DNA of 64,000 nucleotides from Nemertoderma westbladi (lineage: Eukaryota > Animalia > Xenacoelomorpha): contig JAUCBJ010004959.1 of assembly GCA_032718475.1 (NCBI GenBank), positions 1 to 64,000 on the forward strand. Reading direction: 5' to 3'. The first letter of the stretch is position 1. Each line of letters opens with the position of its first letter. Under the pieces are notes generated by a model, which saw only the letters and a list, made by a program, of their open reading frames with translations, did not search any database and was not told where the DNA came from. The position numbers and the translations under genes are program-made. Below are positions 23,535 to 36,866 of this stretch, piece after piece.

Positions 23535-26075
23535 CTATTTAATAGTTTCATTATTTTAGCTACTATAAATTATTACTATTTAAATTCGTGTTTTAAATAG
23601 CGGCTCATCAGTTTATTGCAGTTTTTTCTAACTACTTAAGGTTTTTAATTTAGTAATTAATAATTAATAATGTGCTTTTTAGAAAATTGATTCTACATAT
23701 TTTATTTATTTAAATTGTGTAAGTAGAATTTCCAACCTTTATGCATTAAATTGTCGCAGTGATCACATACAATAATGTTGTGGCCTTGTAGATAGTTTGT
23801 TTATCTTACATTAGTTTTTTAGCATTAATATAATTTTCTACCTCGTTAGTTTTTACTTAATAAATACAACTGGATGACATATTCGCTATGCCCCCCCCCC
23901 CCCCCCCCCAAATAGATTAATTTTAAATAGTGCTATTAAATTTGCCTTCTATATCACTTCCTCAACTACAATTTTAATATTTTACTTCATTTCTTTACTT
24001 TCAATGCCTTATAATGTACAGGTAATGCCGATTAATGGCGTATCAATTTAGTGCAGTTTTGTTATCAATATATATTTTTTAGTTTGTAGGAATGGGTTGA
24101 TTTATATATATATTCTGTGCATGAGCTACTTAAATATATAGAATATTTAATTTTTTTCTAATACTTTATAAATATTTTGTTATACTCTATTCTAGTTTAT
24201 AGTATTTGTTTTTAAATATTATATTAGTGATAACTTTATGCAATTTTCTTAGATATTCATATTCAGCAATTATTTATTTACTTACAATATTTAGCATGAG
24301 TTCTATTATTGGCGCAATATTTGCAATTAATTAAGAATTTTAATTAGCATAGTCAATTAATTGAATTGTAATATAATTTCAATTTTGCTTAATAAAACAG
24401 GTCGCTTTCTATTAATATAATGGTATGATTCTCATTTATTCCGCTTCTCGCGTAAAGAAGAAAAAACAAAGAAACACCCCGACTGGGTAAGACATCATTT
24501 CAACTGTATTGCCTACTCGCCCTCTCGAGAACTGCTGCGTTCCACGGCGCAAATCCTGTTTCAATCTTTAGACAGTCTACATCTGTACAATGTTTGGTTT
24601 AATTTCATCAAAGATTAACTGAGATATTAGCCTTCAAATATTTGCCTATTTGATACCAGGGGTGTTGTATAAATACTTGGGAATGGTGGGAGGAGGGTGG
24701 GTGGGGAGGTGTCTCTCTGTATTAAAGTGCAACACCAGACCCTGTCACCCCATCCGTAGCTCTATAGTTACACTTACATTCATCGAAAGTGTGGGTTATT
24801 TCCGTTACAAACTATTAGCAAGACTAGCAATAATACATAATGGCGACAGAACAAATGAAAATAACATAATTACCATAAATACCATACTTTAATTTTTAAT
24901 AATTAATAATACACATTTCCGGGTGGGATCCAGGCTCCTCTAATAAGTGTTGAAGGATTTGAGAGATGAGGTGGATACGTTGTCTTTATAATGACATGGT
25001 TCTTAACACTTCATTTGTTGCGAATAAACATAGAAATAAACACATTCTTTGAAACTTTTAGAAACTTTCATTTAGTCTGCTTGTTACGATATATCGATAT
25101 ACCGAAACAGCCCATCATACAGTATAAAATAAATTAGATAAGTATAATACGTAATTATAGTATAATTAATTAGATAAGGTAAATAAAATCTACAAGTTCA
25201 TTTTATATTCATTTAATTTTATACAGTATGTAGCTTTAAATACGTATATTTTATAATAAAACCGCAGTGTATTAAATTACGGTGGCAAAAACCTATAAAT
25301 CAAATATATGAATCTGCCATTATATACTGTAATATCTTTTAAATCCAGAGGCGTAGCGAGGGGGGGGGGTGTTCCCCCGTGCGCACTCACCCAGGGGCGC
25401 TGAACCTCCCTCCTCCGAGGAGGGAGGTGAAACTATCTCTGTTTCAAATTTCATGCAATCTCATTAAGATTTGTAGAAAAATTTGGGGGAGGGGGGGGGG
25501 GGGGGGCGTGTACCTGAATAACGACACTATATTCCAGGACATGGTGTAGCGTCGTATGCTTTATTGTTTCTTTCGGTTTATTATATGTTTTGTGAAAAAC
25601 AGTGAAGGTTGTATAACGACTCCTATGTATGTGCGCGCCTTGTTTTATTGCCCTTAAAAGGTGCCTTGTAAATATATTATTACTGTATTATTTTTTCATA
25701 TTCGTTGAAAAATAAACATATGTATTTTCCTTCATAGTAAAGAACACGTCATCGTTGAGACCACGTTCCGTTCACGGCATGAACTAGATAGATAACCAAG
25801 TCGCCTGCGAATAATTTAAACTTAGTAAAGCTACGGCTTTGAGAAGCAATCACCTTCCAGAATGCCCCGCAGCTGCTCTACTGTACTTAAGTACTTTCGT
25901 AAATCGGGTTCTATCAAATATTTGGATGCGGTTTTTTAGGAGAGCTTTACAAAAACTTTGAGTTTCCCTTTAATACTGAAGTCGTTATATATCCTAGATA
26001 ATAAGTAGTATTGTTCTGTCCACAAAATAGAAGAGATTTTCGAAAATTCGTAAATAATACGAAAATTTTCTAAAG

Positions 26076-28691
26076 AAAGCCGTAAAGAAAGCCGTCAACG
26101 ACGCAGTGACGTCACAGTTGTCGTTTAGCCCTGTAGTAACGGTGGAGCCCAGACGTCGCCGCTTCCATAAGCGCGTCACCGTTACCATACCAACACCAAA
26201 GTGGTTTGACCCGAGTAACCCAAAGTCGTTGCGACTTGTTTCCAGTATTGCTGGTGGCACCTCGGCCTCACATTGGGAAGACATCACCGATAGAAATCCG
26301 TTATCCTTCGTTCCAGACGGGTCCACGGTTTCGTTCGAGACCAATCTATCGGCCCGATTCTGGTTAGTCAACCAGCCCGGCGATGGTGTCTTCGACGCCG
26401 CCGGGTTCGCTCATCTCGTCCACAAGGAGTTGGTCCCGGTGCCCTACATGGCCAAGTTCGTGGTCTTTGCGAAACGTCACGACCCGCACGAGGCCAGGAT
26501 GCGCGTGTTCTGTGTGACCGACGACAAGGTGGATAAAACATTGGAGCGGCAGGAACATTTCGAGGAGATCGCGAGAAGTCGTGACGTCGAAGTTCTAGAA
26601 GGTAAACCGCAGTTTATCGAATGTACCGGAAATCTCGTCCCGGTTCTTAAATCCGGGGAGCTTCTTCGGTTGAACTTCTTCGCGTTTCGGGAGAATCGTT
26701 TGGCTTTCTTCCTTCGCGTTCGGGACATGGAGACAGATGCGGCGGGCCGGTTGGGTTTCTTCCGGGAGTCGAGAAGTTCTGCGTTGCGTCGCCAGGAGAC
26801 CCCAGTGCCGGTGTGCAGCCTCAACGTGACGCTCCCTGAGCATGACGGCTCCCAACCGATCGGACCGCTGGTCGTCAACTTTGCATCATTGGATCTCCGA
26901 CGACGGCGAGCTTCGCTCAACGAGTTGGGTCTGAGTCCGAACTCGTCGTACGAGCGGGCGCAGTTCCGGTTGCAGGGCATCGCGGAACACCTTGGCGTCG
27001 ATTGGAAGCCGTTGGCGATGCGTTTAGGGTTGGGGAGGGAGTTGGTGGAGAATCTAGAGAACCAGTACGGGAAGGAGCACGCAGCGGCTGCTTACGCTAT
27101 GCTGCACTACTGGGCCGAGAGAGAGGGAGTGGAGGCGACTGGTAAGCGTTTGGGTGACTCCCTCACCGCCATAGGACGGGACGATATAAACGCTGTCTGT
27201 ATGGGACGGGTGTTCAAGTTTAGGAAGACGGTTATAGATGATATCACTTACGAGACATTAGAGAGAGATGCAAGGGGGCGAGCATCGATGGCAATGATGG
27301 CACCACCTAGAGTAGTTGCGAGACCAGAGTCGACCTCCACAAGACCAGATTCGACCTCCACAAGACCAGATTCGACCTCCACAAGACCAGAGTCGACCTC
27401 CACTAGACCAGAGTCGACTTCCACTAGACCAGAGTCGACCTCCACTAGACCAGAGTCGACCTCCACTAGACCAGAGTCGACCTCCACAAGACCAGAGTCG
27501 ACCTCCACTAGACCAGAGTCGACCTCCACTAGACCAGAGTCGAACTCCACTAGACCAGAGTCGACCTCCACAAGACCAGAGTCGACCTCCACAAGACCAG
27601 AGTCGACCTCCACAAGACCAGAGTCGACATCCGCTAGAATAGAGTCGAGATCCACACGATCTCAATATTCCACCACTAGAACAGAATCTTCCTCAATTAG
27701 AATAGATTCTACCTCAGTAATCACGGCACCACCCCAAGTATACGAGGTTGTATCGCAGGTAAAGGAGAATGTGCAACAAGAAAACGAAAATGCGCCACAA
27801 AAAAACGAAAATGCGCTACAAGAAAACGAACAAGTGAATGAAATTGCACCACAAATGAGTTCCATAAATATGAAATTAAACACGGCACCAACAGAGCAAC
27901 TAAATATCTCTGTCGTGGGTGGTTTACCTCCAGATCCACCAAAACGGACGGCCCCCTTGTCTCCTGCGTACATCGACATTGGGAGACTAGTGTTATACGA
28001 CGAACCCAGCGTCCCCCTGCGAGTCAGCGAGGAACCCAGCGCCCTCCAGCAGGTCGGAGAGGAACTGTTTACCGAGTCGCGCCCCCAACGTGCCAACACC
28101 GCTCCCCAGCTGTCCCTCGACGACGAACCCTTTGTGGACGACGTGGACTCTGCCGCCGCGGTGGACTGGTCCTTCTGGTGTCCGCCGGCTCCCGGCTCCT
28201 CCGCCAGCTCCGACGACGAGGCCTTCCGGAGAGCCGTGGAACCTCTGGACAACGTCGAAGAAGATTGCGCGTTTGTGACGTCAGTCCGCGCTGCCCCCAT
28301 CGCCATGCAACAACGCGTCGCCATGGAGACTGTGGAGCACACTAAGCGGAAGATAACCCGGGTGATACTCGTCGATAAGGAAGGGTTGAAGCGAGAGATT
28401 GTGTTGGAAGATGGGAAGGTTGCGGACGATATCAGCGAGGAAGACCGGGAGTTGGTGAGCCGAGCGATGAACCCCGGAGGTGACGAGGATAGTGACGTCA
28501 CTACAACGCGAAGGATCGTGGTCCGTCGGCAGGTGGTGAAGCGAACGGTGATACGTGACGGCGAACCCCCCGAGGAGAGTGTAACCGTGACAACGGACGG
28601 GCCTTCGCCCGAGACCCTCAGATCCGATCTGCAACAGGTGGTAGACAGCTTTATGGACCCGGTCGGTGGTCATACCGAGTCGGAAGTCTAA
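26076..28691 (+). pseudogene. Ankyrin terminal exon, copy 4: 5'-truncated but open
   Basis: Same breakpoint and nearly identical to copy 3 (differs e.g. SAPQQ vs SALQQ). Confidence 0.7.
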
Positions 28692-31313
28692 CTATTTAAT
28701 AGTTTCATTATTTTAGCTACTATAAATTATTACTATTTAAATTCGTGTTTTAAATAGCGGCTCATCAGTTTATTGCAGTTTTTTTCTAACTACTTAAGGT
28801 TTTTAGTTTAGTAATTAATAATTAATAATGTGCTTTTTAGAAAATTGATTCTACATATTTTATTTATTTAAATTGTGTAAGTAGAATTTCCAACCTTTAT
28901 GCATTAAATTGTCGCAGTGATCACATACAATAATGTTGTGGCCTTGTATGTAGTTTGTTTATCTTACATTAGTTTTTTAGCATTAATATAATTTTCTACC
29001 TCGTTAGTTTTTACTTAATAAATATAACTGGATGAAATATTCGCTATGCCCCCCCCCCCCCCCCAAATAGATTAATTTTAAATAGTGCTATTAAATTTGC
29101 CTTCTATATCACTTCCTCAACTACAATTTTAATATTTTACTTCATTTCTTTACTTTCAATGCCTTATAATGTACAGGTAATGCCGTTTAATGGCGTATCA
29201 ATTTAGTGCAGTTTTATTATCAATATATATATTTTTTAGTTTGTAGGAATGGGTTGATTTATATATATATATTCTGTGCATGAGCTACTTAAATATATAG
29301 AATATTTAATTTTTTTCTAATACTTTATAAATATTTTGTTATACTCTATTCTAGTTTGTATTTGTTTTTAAATATTATATTAGTGATAACTTTATGCAAT
29401 TTTTCTTAGATATTCATATTCAGCAATTCAATTTATTTATTTATTTACTTAAAATATTTAGCATGAGTTCTATTATTGGCGCAATATTTGCAATTAATTA
29501 AGAATTTTAATTAGCATAGTCAATTAATTGAATTGTATTATAATTTCAATTTTGCTTAATAGAACTGGTCGCTTTCTATTAATATAATGATGGTCTTGTT
29601 CTCATTTTTTCCGCTTCTCGCGCAAAGGAAAAAAACAACAACGAAACACGTTAGTGGGTAAGGGTCGGTTACCATTATTTCAACTGTATTGCCTACTCGC
29701 CCTCTAGCGAGAGACTGGAGAACTGCTGCGTTCCACGGCGCAAATCCTGTTTCAATCTTTAGACAGTCTACATCTGTACAATGTTTGGTTTAATTTCATC
29801 AAAGATTAACTGAGATATTAGCCTTCAAATATTTGCCTATTTGATATCAATGTTGTAGAAATACTTGGGAATTGAATGGGGGGAGGAGGGTGGGTGGGGA
29901 GGTGTCTCTCTGTATTAAAGTGCAACACCAGACCCTGTCACCCCACCCGTAGCTCTATAGTTACACTTACATTCATCGAAAGTGTGGGTTATTTCCGTTA
30001 CAAACTATTAGCAAGACTAGCAATAATACATAATGGCGACAGAACATATGAAAATAACATAATTATATTACCATAAATACCATACTTGAATTTTTAATAA
30101 TTAATAATACACATTTCCGGGTGGGATCCATGCTCCTCTAATAAGTGTTGAAGGATTTGAGAGATGAGGTGGATACGTTGTCTTTATAATGACATGGTTC
30201 TTAACACTTCATTTGTTGCGAATAAACATAGAAATAAACCCATTCTTTGAAACTTTTAGAAACTTTCATTTAGTCTGCTTGTTACGATATATCGATATAC
30301 CGAAACAGCCCATCATACAGTATAAAATAAATTAGATAAGTATAATACGTAATTATAGTATAATTAATTAGATAAGGTAAATAAAATCTACAAGTTCATT
30401 TTATATTCATTTAATTTTATACAGTATGTAGCTTTAAATACGTATATTTTATAATAAAACCGCAGTGTATTAAATTACGGTGGCAAAAACCTATAAATCA
30501 AATATATGAATCTGCCATTATATACTGTAATATCTTTTAAATCCAGAGGCGTAGCGAGGGGGGGGGGGGGGGGGTGTTCCCCCGTGCGCACTCACCCAGG
30601 GGCGCTGAACCTCCCTCCTCCGAGGAGGGAGGTGAAACTATCTCTGATTCAAATTGCATGCAATCTCATTGAGATTTGTAGAAAAATTTGGGGGGGTGGG
30701 GGGGGGGCATGTACCTGAATAACGACACTATATTCCAGGACATGGTGTAGCGTCGTATGCTTTATTGTTTCTTTCGGTTTATTATATGTTTTGTGAAACA
30801 CAGTGAAGGTTGTATAACGACTCCTATGTATGTGCGCGCCTTGTTTTATTGCCCTTAAAAGGTGCCTTGTAAATATATTATTACTGTATTATTTTTTCAT
30901 ATTCGTTGAAAAATAAACATATGTATTTTCCTTCATAGTAAAGAACACGTCATCGTTGAGACCACGTTCCGTTCACGCCATGAACTAGATAGATAACCAA
31001 GTCGCCTGCGAATAATTTAAACTTAGTAAAGCTACGGCTTTGAGAAACAATCACCTTCCAGAATGCCCCGCAGCTGCTCTACTTAAATCTTTCGTACATT
31101 CGTAAATCGGGTTCTATCAAATATTTTGACGCGGTTTTTTAGGAGAGCTTTACAAACATTTTGAGTTTCCCTTTAATACTGAAGTCGTTATATATCCTAA
31201 ATAGTAGTATTGTTCTGTCCACAAAATAGAAGAGATTTTCGAAAATTCGTAAATACGAAAATTTTCTAGAACTCGAAGTCCATAAATAATACGAAAATGT
31301 TCTAGAATTCGAA

Positions 31314-32981
31314 AGTGCTTATGAAGTTCGTGGCCAACATTTTGAAGATTTTCATAGTGATTGTTATAGTGCGTTTTGCACTTTTTACGATTGTATTATT
31401 CTACAGTAGAATATAGTCAGCTGATATAAGATTATGTGGTAGCTAGAGTTTTCTTTGGTACAGTCATTCTGCCTAATTTGAGACATGGACCCAAACGTGA
31501 GACAAATTCAATATCAACTTCAAGGGGCTCCTATAGCCAAATAATTACAGAAACCTACTTAAAACTAATTCGAATAATGATCTGTAACCATTCCTGTACA
31601 TCGTTAGGTATAATTCAACCGGATTGGATATACTTATAATATTCTAGCGGCCCGTCAAAAATCGAAGCTTTTTTTCATAAATTTTAAGGTTTTAAAATCG
31701 ATATGAGATTTTTGCATTCCACTTTGACCTGATTCTCGAAATTATGACATTTTATAGTAAAAAGGCTATATTTTTATATAAAACTATTTTTATGTGGTAA
31801 AGATTTCATAGTTTTACATTTGACTACTGTCTTTAATATGGTATCGGTTTCCATGAATTTCCCCTAATTTGAGACAAGGAAATTATAACCATAACAAGAG
31901 ACAAATGTAGGCTAGGCCTTTGTATCTAAGTATCTGAAGTATAGAAACCATAGGCCCCCTATACACATACATTATAATTGCATCTGACTTCTTTCCGAAA
32001 GTCACACTACAGTACCTGTAGGCCTACTGAATGTATCAGTTACATCAAGCTTAAATCATATATAGTACAGTCATTCTGCCTAATTTGAGACATGGACCCA
32101 AACGTGAGACAAATTCAATATCAACTTCAAGGGGCTCCTATAGCCAAATAATTACAGATCTTTTGTCTCAAATAAAGGCTGTAAGAACCTAACAAGATTC
32201 TCCGTAATATTTATGAGGTTATTTCATGTTAGTTATTAAAAAAAATTACAATTGAATTTCTTGTCTCACATTAGGGAATCGATGCCAAATTTGAGACATG
32301 CAACATTTCTTCAAAATTCAGCAACTGCTAGGCGAAATCAACTTTCGAGACCCCGAAAAATGGATTCTACGCCCCGGGAAACCCCTTATTACATAATTTC
32401 TGAGGAAGTCCAGTGTTTACATTTTTACACAGAACCCAACGAAGTTCAAAACCTGTCTCTTATATGGACCAATGACTGTAGCTAGTAAATAATTTTTACT
32501 AGCTACAGTAGTAATTTTTTAATTTTATTAATTTTAAGGTCTCTAGTAAATAATTTTTACTAGCTAGGTATTTTTATTTAAATTATTTTATTGTATTGAT
32601 TTTAATTGTTCTTTTCATTATACATTAAATAAATTATTAGTTCGCATATTCTATAAATTAACTGTATGTACAGAATATTGCATGTATATATAATATAAAT
32701 TATTTATTTATTTTGCAATTGCGTATATCAAATACATGGCATGGCATACTAAACATCAAACCATCTTTCATATTGTTCTCCAATAGTGCAAAGACATTTT
32801 TTTTACAAAAAAACAACTACTACTAGCCTCTGGAATATAGAATATTAAACAAAAGTATACTAGAATTCTTAAAGAACTGTGAACAATAATAAGAAACACT
32901 AGAAATATTAGCAAAAAACTAGCTGCTACTATAAAAAAAATTATGAATCTCAAAATGTTGGCCACGCACTTCATAAGTACC
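31314..32981. mobile_element. Non-autonomous TIR element inserted at a TTCGAA site
   Basis: AGTGCTTATGAAGTTCGTGGCCAACATTTTGA and TCAAAATGTTGGCCACGCACTTCATAAGTACC form a ~32-bp imperfect TIR. TTCGAA lies on both sides (31308, 32982). A degenerate ~36-bp repeat in the left flank resumes on the right. The TSD/TIR boundary is ambiguous because the site is palindromic. Confidence 0.65.
31461..32478. mobile_element. Nested Tc1/mariner-type MITE (TA-CAGTCATT...AATGACTG-TA) with a duplicated left end
   Basis: The left ~90 bp occurs twice (31461 and 32068). Right end ...GGACCAATGACTG-TA at 32478. The TGAGACA motif is repeated internally in both orientations. Confidence 0.6.
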
Positions 32982-33857
32982 TTCGAAAGTCTGTAAATAA
33001 TACTAAATTGTTCTTGAACCTTCAGATTTTTCGATTTTCCTTGAAGGATTACGTTTGGATGCCGTCAAGAACTACCCTACCACCTACTGTATCTGATTAT
33101 ACACCATATACTACATATAGTATATACACTACATATACGCAATATTAGGCACTATATTTTTATGTGGGGCGAGCCACTAAGTGAGTGAGCCTTAGCGTAG
33201 GGGTACCATTAATCAACCTGTTGTTCTGTCGTTCTGTCGCGTTTTTTTTTCAGTATTTTATTTTAAACGTTAATAAATCGGCCAATCCTTGATGAAATCT
33301 ATCCAAACTTGGTACACATGTTGTTTGGCAAAAGTTTGAAAATTTTCCAAGTAGAATTTGCGTGGGGCCTTCGTGCAGCATCAGTGTAACTGTTATTGCA
33401 GTTATAATAAATTTATTTATCCAAATTTAAAATGCGTTAAATTATTATTACTGTAGGATAAATCAGCTGGGTTTCTGGACAAATTTTGCAATACATTGGG
33501 GCAGTCTGCATGTACCATGTGTACCGGTACTGTCAGGCTGTACTCAATCCCTGAATCGAGAATCCTGCAATCCACAATCAGTCAATACTGCAATACTGGT
33601 CAGCCGGTACCATACACTGCAGACATGCCATATCATGTAATCTAATTAAAGCTACCGGCAACCCTTGCGGTGATTATAGTTTAGGCCTAATTCAGTAATT
33701 AGCCCAGTACCGGCACCGGTAATAATAATATAATAGTTTAGATAGTTACCGCTAATCATTCAGTTATTGGCACGGTACACCGTATTGCTGTACTGCCGTT
33801 GTAGTGCACACCGTAGGTACCACCCTACTACCGGTACCGGCTGACCGGTGGCAGGTG

Positions 33858-34445
33858 GGGATACATGACCGAACGTAATCAGGATCGAATGTAACATAGT
33901 TATTTCGTATCGAACGTAACTGCAATTATGTTACATTGGATCCTATAACTATGTTACATTCGATCTACAAATTACTAAGCTCGAATGTAACATTGCCATT
34001 TACAGATTTAAAGGAGCAGGTTACACAGGCGTATTGGGGGAACCAAAACAATAAACGAAAGTTAACAGATGTTACAAGATTATGCAGGTTACTTTTATTT
34101 AAATGCTGAAAGGAGCAGGTTTCAGAGGCGTGTTGGGGGAACCAAAACAATAAACGAAAGTTAACACATGTTATAAGATTATGGAGGTTACTGGGTACTT
34201 AATTGGGTCTTGGGTCTTTGTTTTATACTCACCAAACTGTTTCTTCCTGTAAATAAACGAAGCATTTCATCGGTTAACTCCTGAAATCAAAACACAACTG
34301 AAATAAATGTATGTTACATTCGAGCTTAGTAATTTGTAGATCGAATGTAACATAGTTATAGGATCCAATGTAACATAATTGAGGTTGCGTTCGATTCGTA
34401 AAAACTATGTTACATTCGATCCTGATTACGTTCGGTCTGTCACCC
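33858..34445. mobile_element. Foldback MITE with ~130-bp inverted arms (GGG...CCC termini) and an internal ~99-bp direct duplication
   Basis: 33867-33993 is the reverse complement of 34311-34438. Repeated CGAATGTAACAT motif. Direct repeats at ~34011 and ~34110. GACCGGTGGCA occurs in both flanks. Confidence 0.8.
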
Positions 34446-34660
34446 GACCGGTGGCAACCAGCACTTCAGCACTTGCAGACTTGCACAGCAACAGCACTAC
34501 CGGCGATACACAGGTTGGAATTTATGTAGAGTTTGCTCAACAGTACAGATATAAAATAGTTATCTAAATTATATATATTGCTATTGACAAGTATTGAAAT
34601 ATATACCGTTATTCGTGTTATCAGTATTTGCAACATCTGACATTGAAGAGGTGAGAGAAG

Positions 34661-34995
34661 ATGAATACCGGCACTCAACAAAACCAACGCTTATCACAGG
34701 TCGGTATGGTTACCTCGAAACCGGCGCGACTGTCCACTCGAATACAACTTCAAAACACAAACGCCAACAATAAACTGAAAGCGAATCGAACGTCTTTAGA
34801 AGAATCTGTCATTGGGACGAAGAAAAGGAAGCCGAAACCACGGGAATGGACCACAGTTAAGATTGAATGCTCCCATTGTCAGAGTTCCTGGACCGAAATT
34901 GAAACACCAATTGCCGATGGGCTTGATCTCTCAAACCAAAACTTCCTCTGCGGGGTTTGCGCGGCAGTAAAGATTGAAAGTCTGGAAGCTGGCAT
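34661..34995 (+). pseudogene. Truncated ORF with CxxC...CxxC followed by a coiled-coil start, resembling a CR1/L2-type LINE ORF1 N-terminus
   Basis: ATG at 34661, basic KKRKPKPR, CSHC-x23-CGVC, then KIESLE, after which the ORF degenerates into AT-rich sequence. Confidence 0.4.
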
Positions 34996-36199
34996 CCCTA
35001 GGTATTATTATTATAAAGAGCGTCAGCCTGCGTTTAATAAATATATTTTAATACAAAACAGGTCGAACGCAAAGAGGATTATAATGAAGACGAGTACTGC
35101 ATTGATTATATTCCTATAAACCACCTGGCTTTGCATATTGAACGTGCGTTTGGAAATAAGTTCGTGCTACCCTTCCGTGGGTGGTAGATGTCGCGGTTAT
35201 GTATTGGTGGGTGGGGGGAGGGGGGGGCTGTGCAGATTAAAAGGGGTGAACACGTACTGTCCCCCTTTTTTTGATTAATTGGTGGTGTGGGTTAATATCT
35301 CATAACCTGATTTTGTGATACAGTCGCACAATTTTAATTTGTATCTCATAACTGGGACTCGTGCTGCGCGAAGGCCCCACGAACGTGTTCTTAAACTTTA
35401 AATGCGTTTATCTCGGAATTGTATTTTTCACATTCAAAATACTACTACTCAGCCATTTCTTAACCAATTTTCGAAATTTTTTTTTTGTTTGATTTCTTTT
35501 CGGGTTTTGATCAAAAGTTATCGGTTAGAATTTTGAATTGTGCCATATTAATTTCTTGAAATTAGTTAATATCTATTAAGTAATAATTAATATTAGTTAA
35601 TAATATTCAAAAAATATTTAAGACCTAAATCAAAAATGTAACCGATAAGTTTTGTGGAGCAGATGATGCTGATTCAGAAAAACCAACTTTCGAAAATTTT
35701 CGCCCAAAATTGTGAGACTAGTAGTGTTTTTAGTGAAATTAACAATTTTGCTGGTGGCCGCTAGAGGGCGACGCAAATTGGAAAATTTTTTTTTGAACCC
35801 AATCTTTGGCCATATGTTAATCCCCCGAAAGGTATAAAATATACAAAATTACACACAAGCAGAAATTATAGCCATTTGCAAATAAGGTCCATAGGGGGGT
35901 GTACCCCCCCCCCCCCCCCCCCCTTAATGAAATATTATTCCTGACAATTTATTATGATAGATAAAGTTAATTCATATATAATAGAGCAGTAAAGGCACTA
36001 CTGATGCTCGGAATAAATTTAGCTTTTGATTCCAGGTGATTTCCACACCTTGATAGTTTATTTATGCCGAGCAGACCATGCCTTGACCTTCAGTCATTAT
36101 CTATATCTAAGATCCAAATGGTATTCCAGATGGTTCTCATGGTACTCAGTTAGCTTGGATGCATAAGTGGAAGTATTCACAAATTGTGCTGATGCAAAT

Positions 36200-36420
36200 T
36201 GTCCCATGATCCCAGGTAACAGAAGTCGTCCACATGCTCAAGCATACCAACCTTTGAGCTTATGCCCATCCAATCAGTGATTTGCTGAGGACTTTCAAAG
36301 TTAACTTTCAAAATTGTGGTCTTTTTGGAGTTAACAAAAAGACCAACACTAGAAGCGGCTTGTTCTAATGGGCTGAGGAGCCGTTGGACACCTAGGTACT
36401 TTCAGTTAGATCAGTAAGGG
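36200..36420 (-). mobile_element. RTE LINE remnant
   Basis: Reverse complement resembles 3480-3600 and 42270-42515 (GAGCATGTGGACGACTTCTGTTACCTGGGATCATGG). Confidence 0.7.
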
Positions 36421-36866
36421 GGATCTCCTCGACTTCTGGAACCAGTAGGTGGGGTTACCATCACCCCATCATCATTATGATGATCGTATAATATAGCCAA
36501 CCACAATTATGCATAAGATGAATTTAATGAGAATAAGGTGTGAGCACTCCGAGACATCGATAGGACCACTGGGCACTGGAGCTTGAATTGATAAACATTT
36601 TCCAATGTTTCTTCTGAAACGATGTACCAACTGAAAACAGTTTATTCGCAATGGTGAAAACCTGCAAAATTTAAAAATAGTGTTTGCCATGGTTGTTCTC
36701 TACCCCCAAGGTATACTTGATCTGAGAAACAAAGAGACATTCCAGTCCCCAAGAATAGCAAGAAAATCATGTTGATCCCATTGAATATACAATTATTACC
36801 ACCTTGGAAATGTTAAAATAAAATCGTACCAGAACATAAGTGGCTGGGGATGATTGTTTAGGTTAA

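Larger units (their letters stand above)
3426..31268 (+). repeat. Tandem segmental duplication array of the ankyrin terminal exon plus ~2.6-kb 3' flank (basic unit 5157 bp)
   Basis: Near-identical ORFs end at 7776, 16698, 23534 and 28691. The same breakpoint sequence recurs at 11515, 20914 and 26071. Copy 3 to copy 4 offset is 26106-20949 = 5157. The uninterrupted flank continues past 31268. Confidence 0.95.
33163..35388 (+). mobile_element. Helentron-associated (HINE-like) element, long copy with internal cargo
   Basis: 5' TGTGGGGCGAGCCACTAAGTGAG after a T-run, 3' GTGCTGCGCGAAGGCCCCACGAACGTG. GTGGGGC/GCCCCAC act as short subterminal inverted repeats. Same family as 3021 and 50499. Confidence 0.55.

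Noticed and set aside
12214-31268. Whole ankyrin array as a pure assembly artefact
   Set aside because: Units differ by a precise Helitron insertion, a solo LTR with TSD, VNTR length and a structured breakpoint. The exact number of near-identical units (3 vs 4) still needs read support.
35396-35927. Kolobok/piggyBac-like element ending CCCC-TTAA
   Set aside because: Only one plausible terminus is visible, with no matching TIR on the other side.
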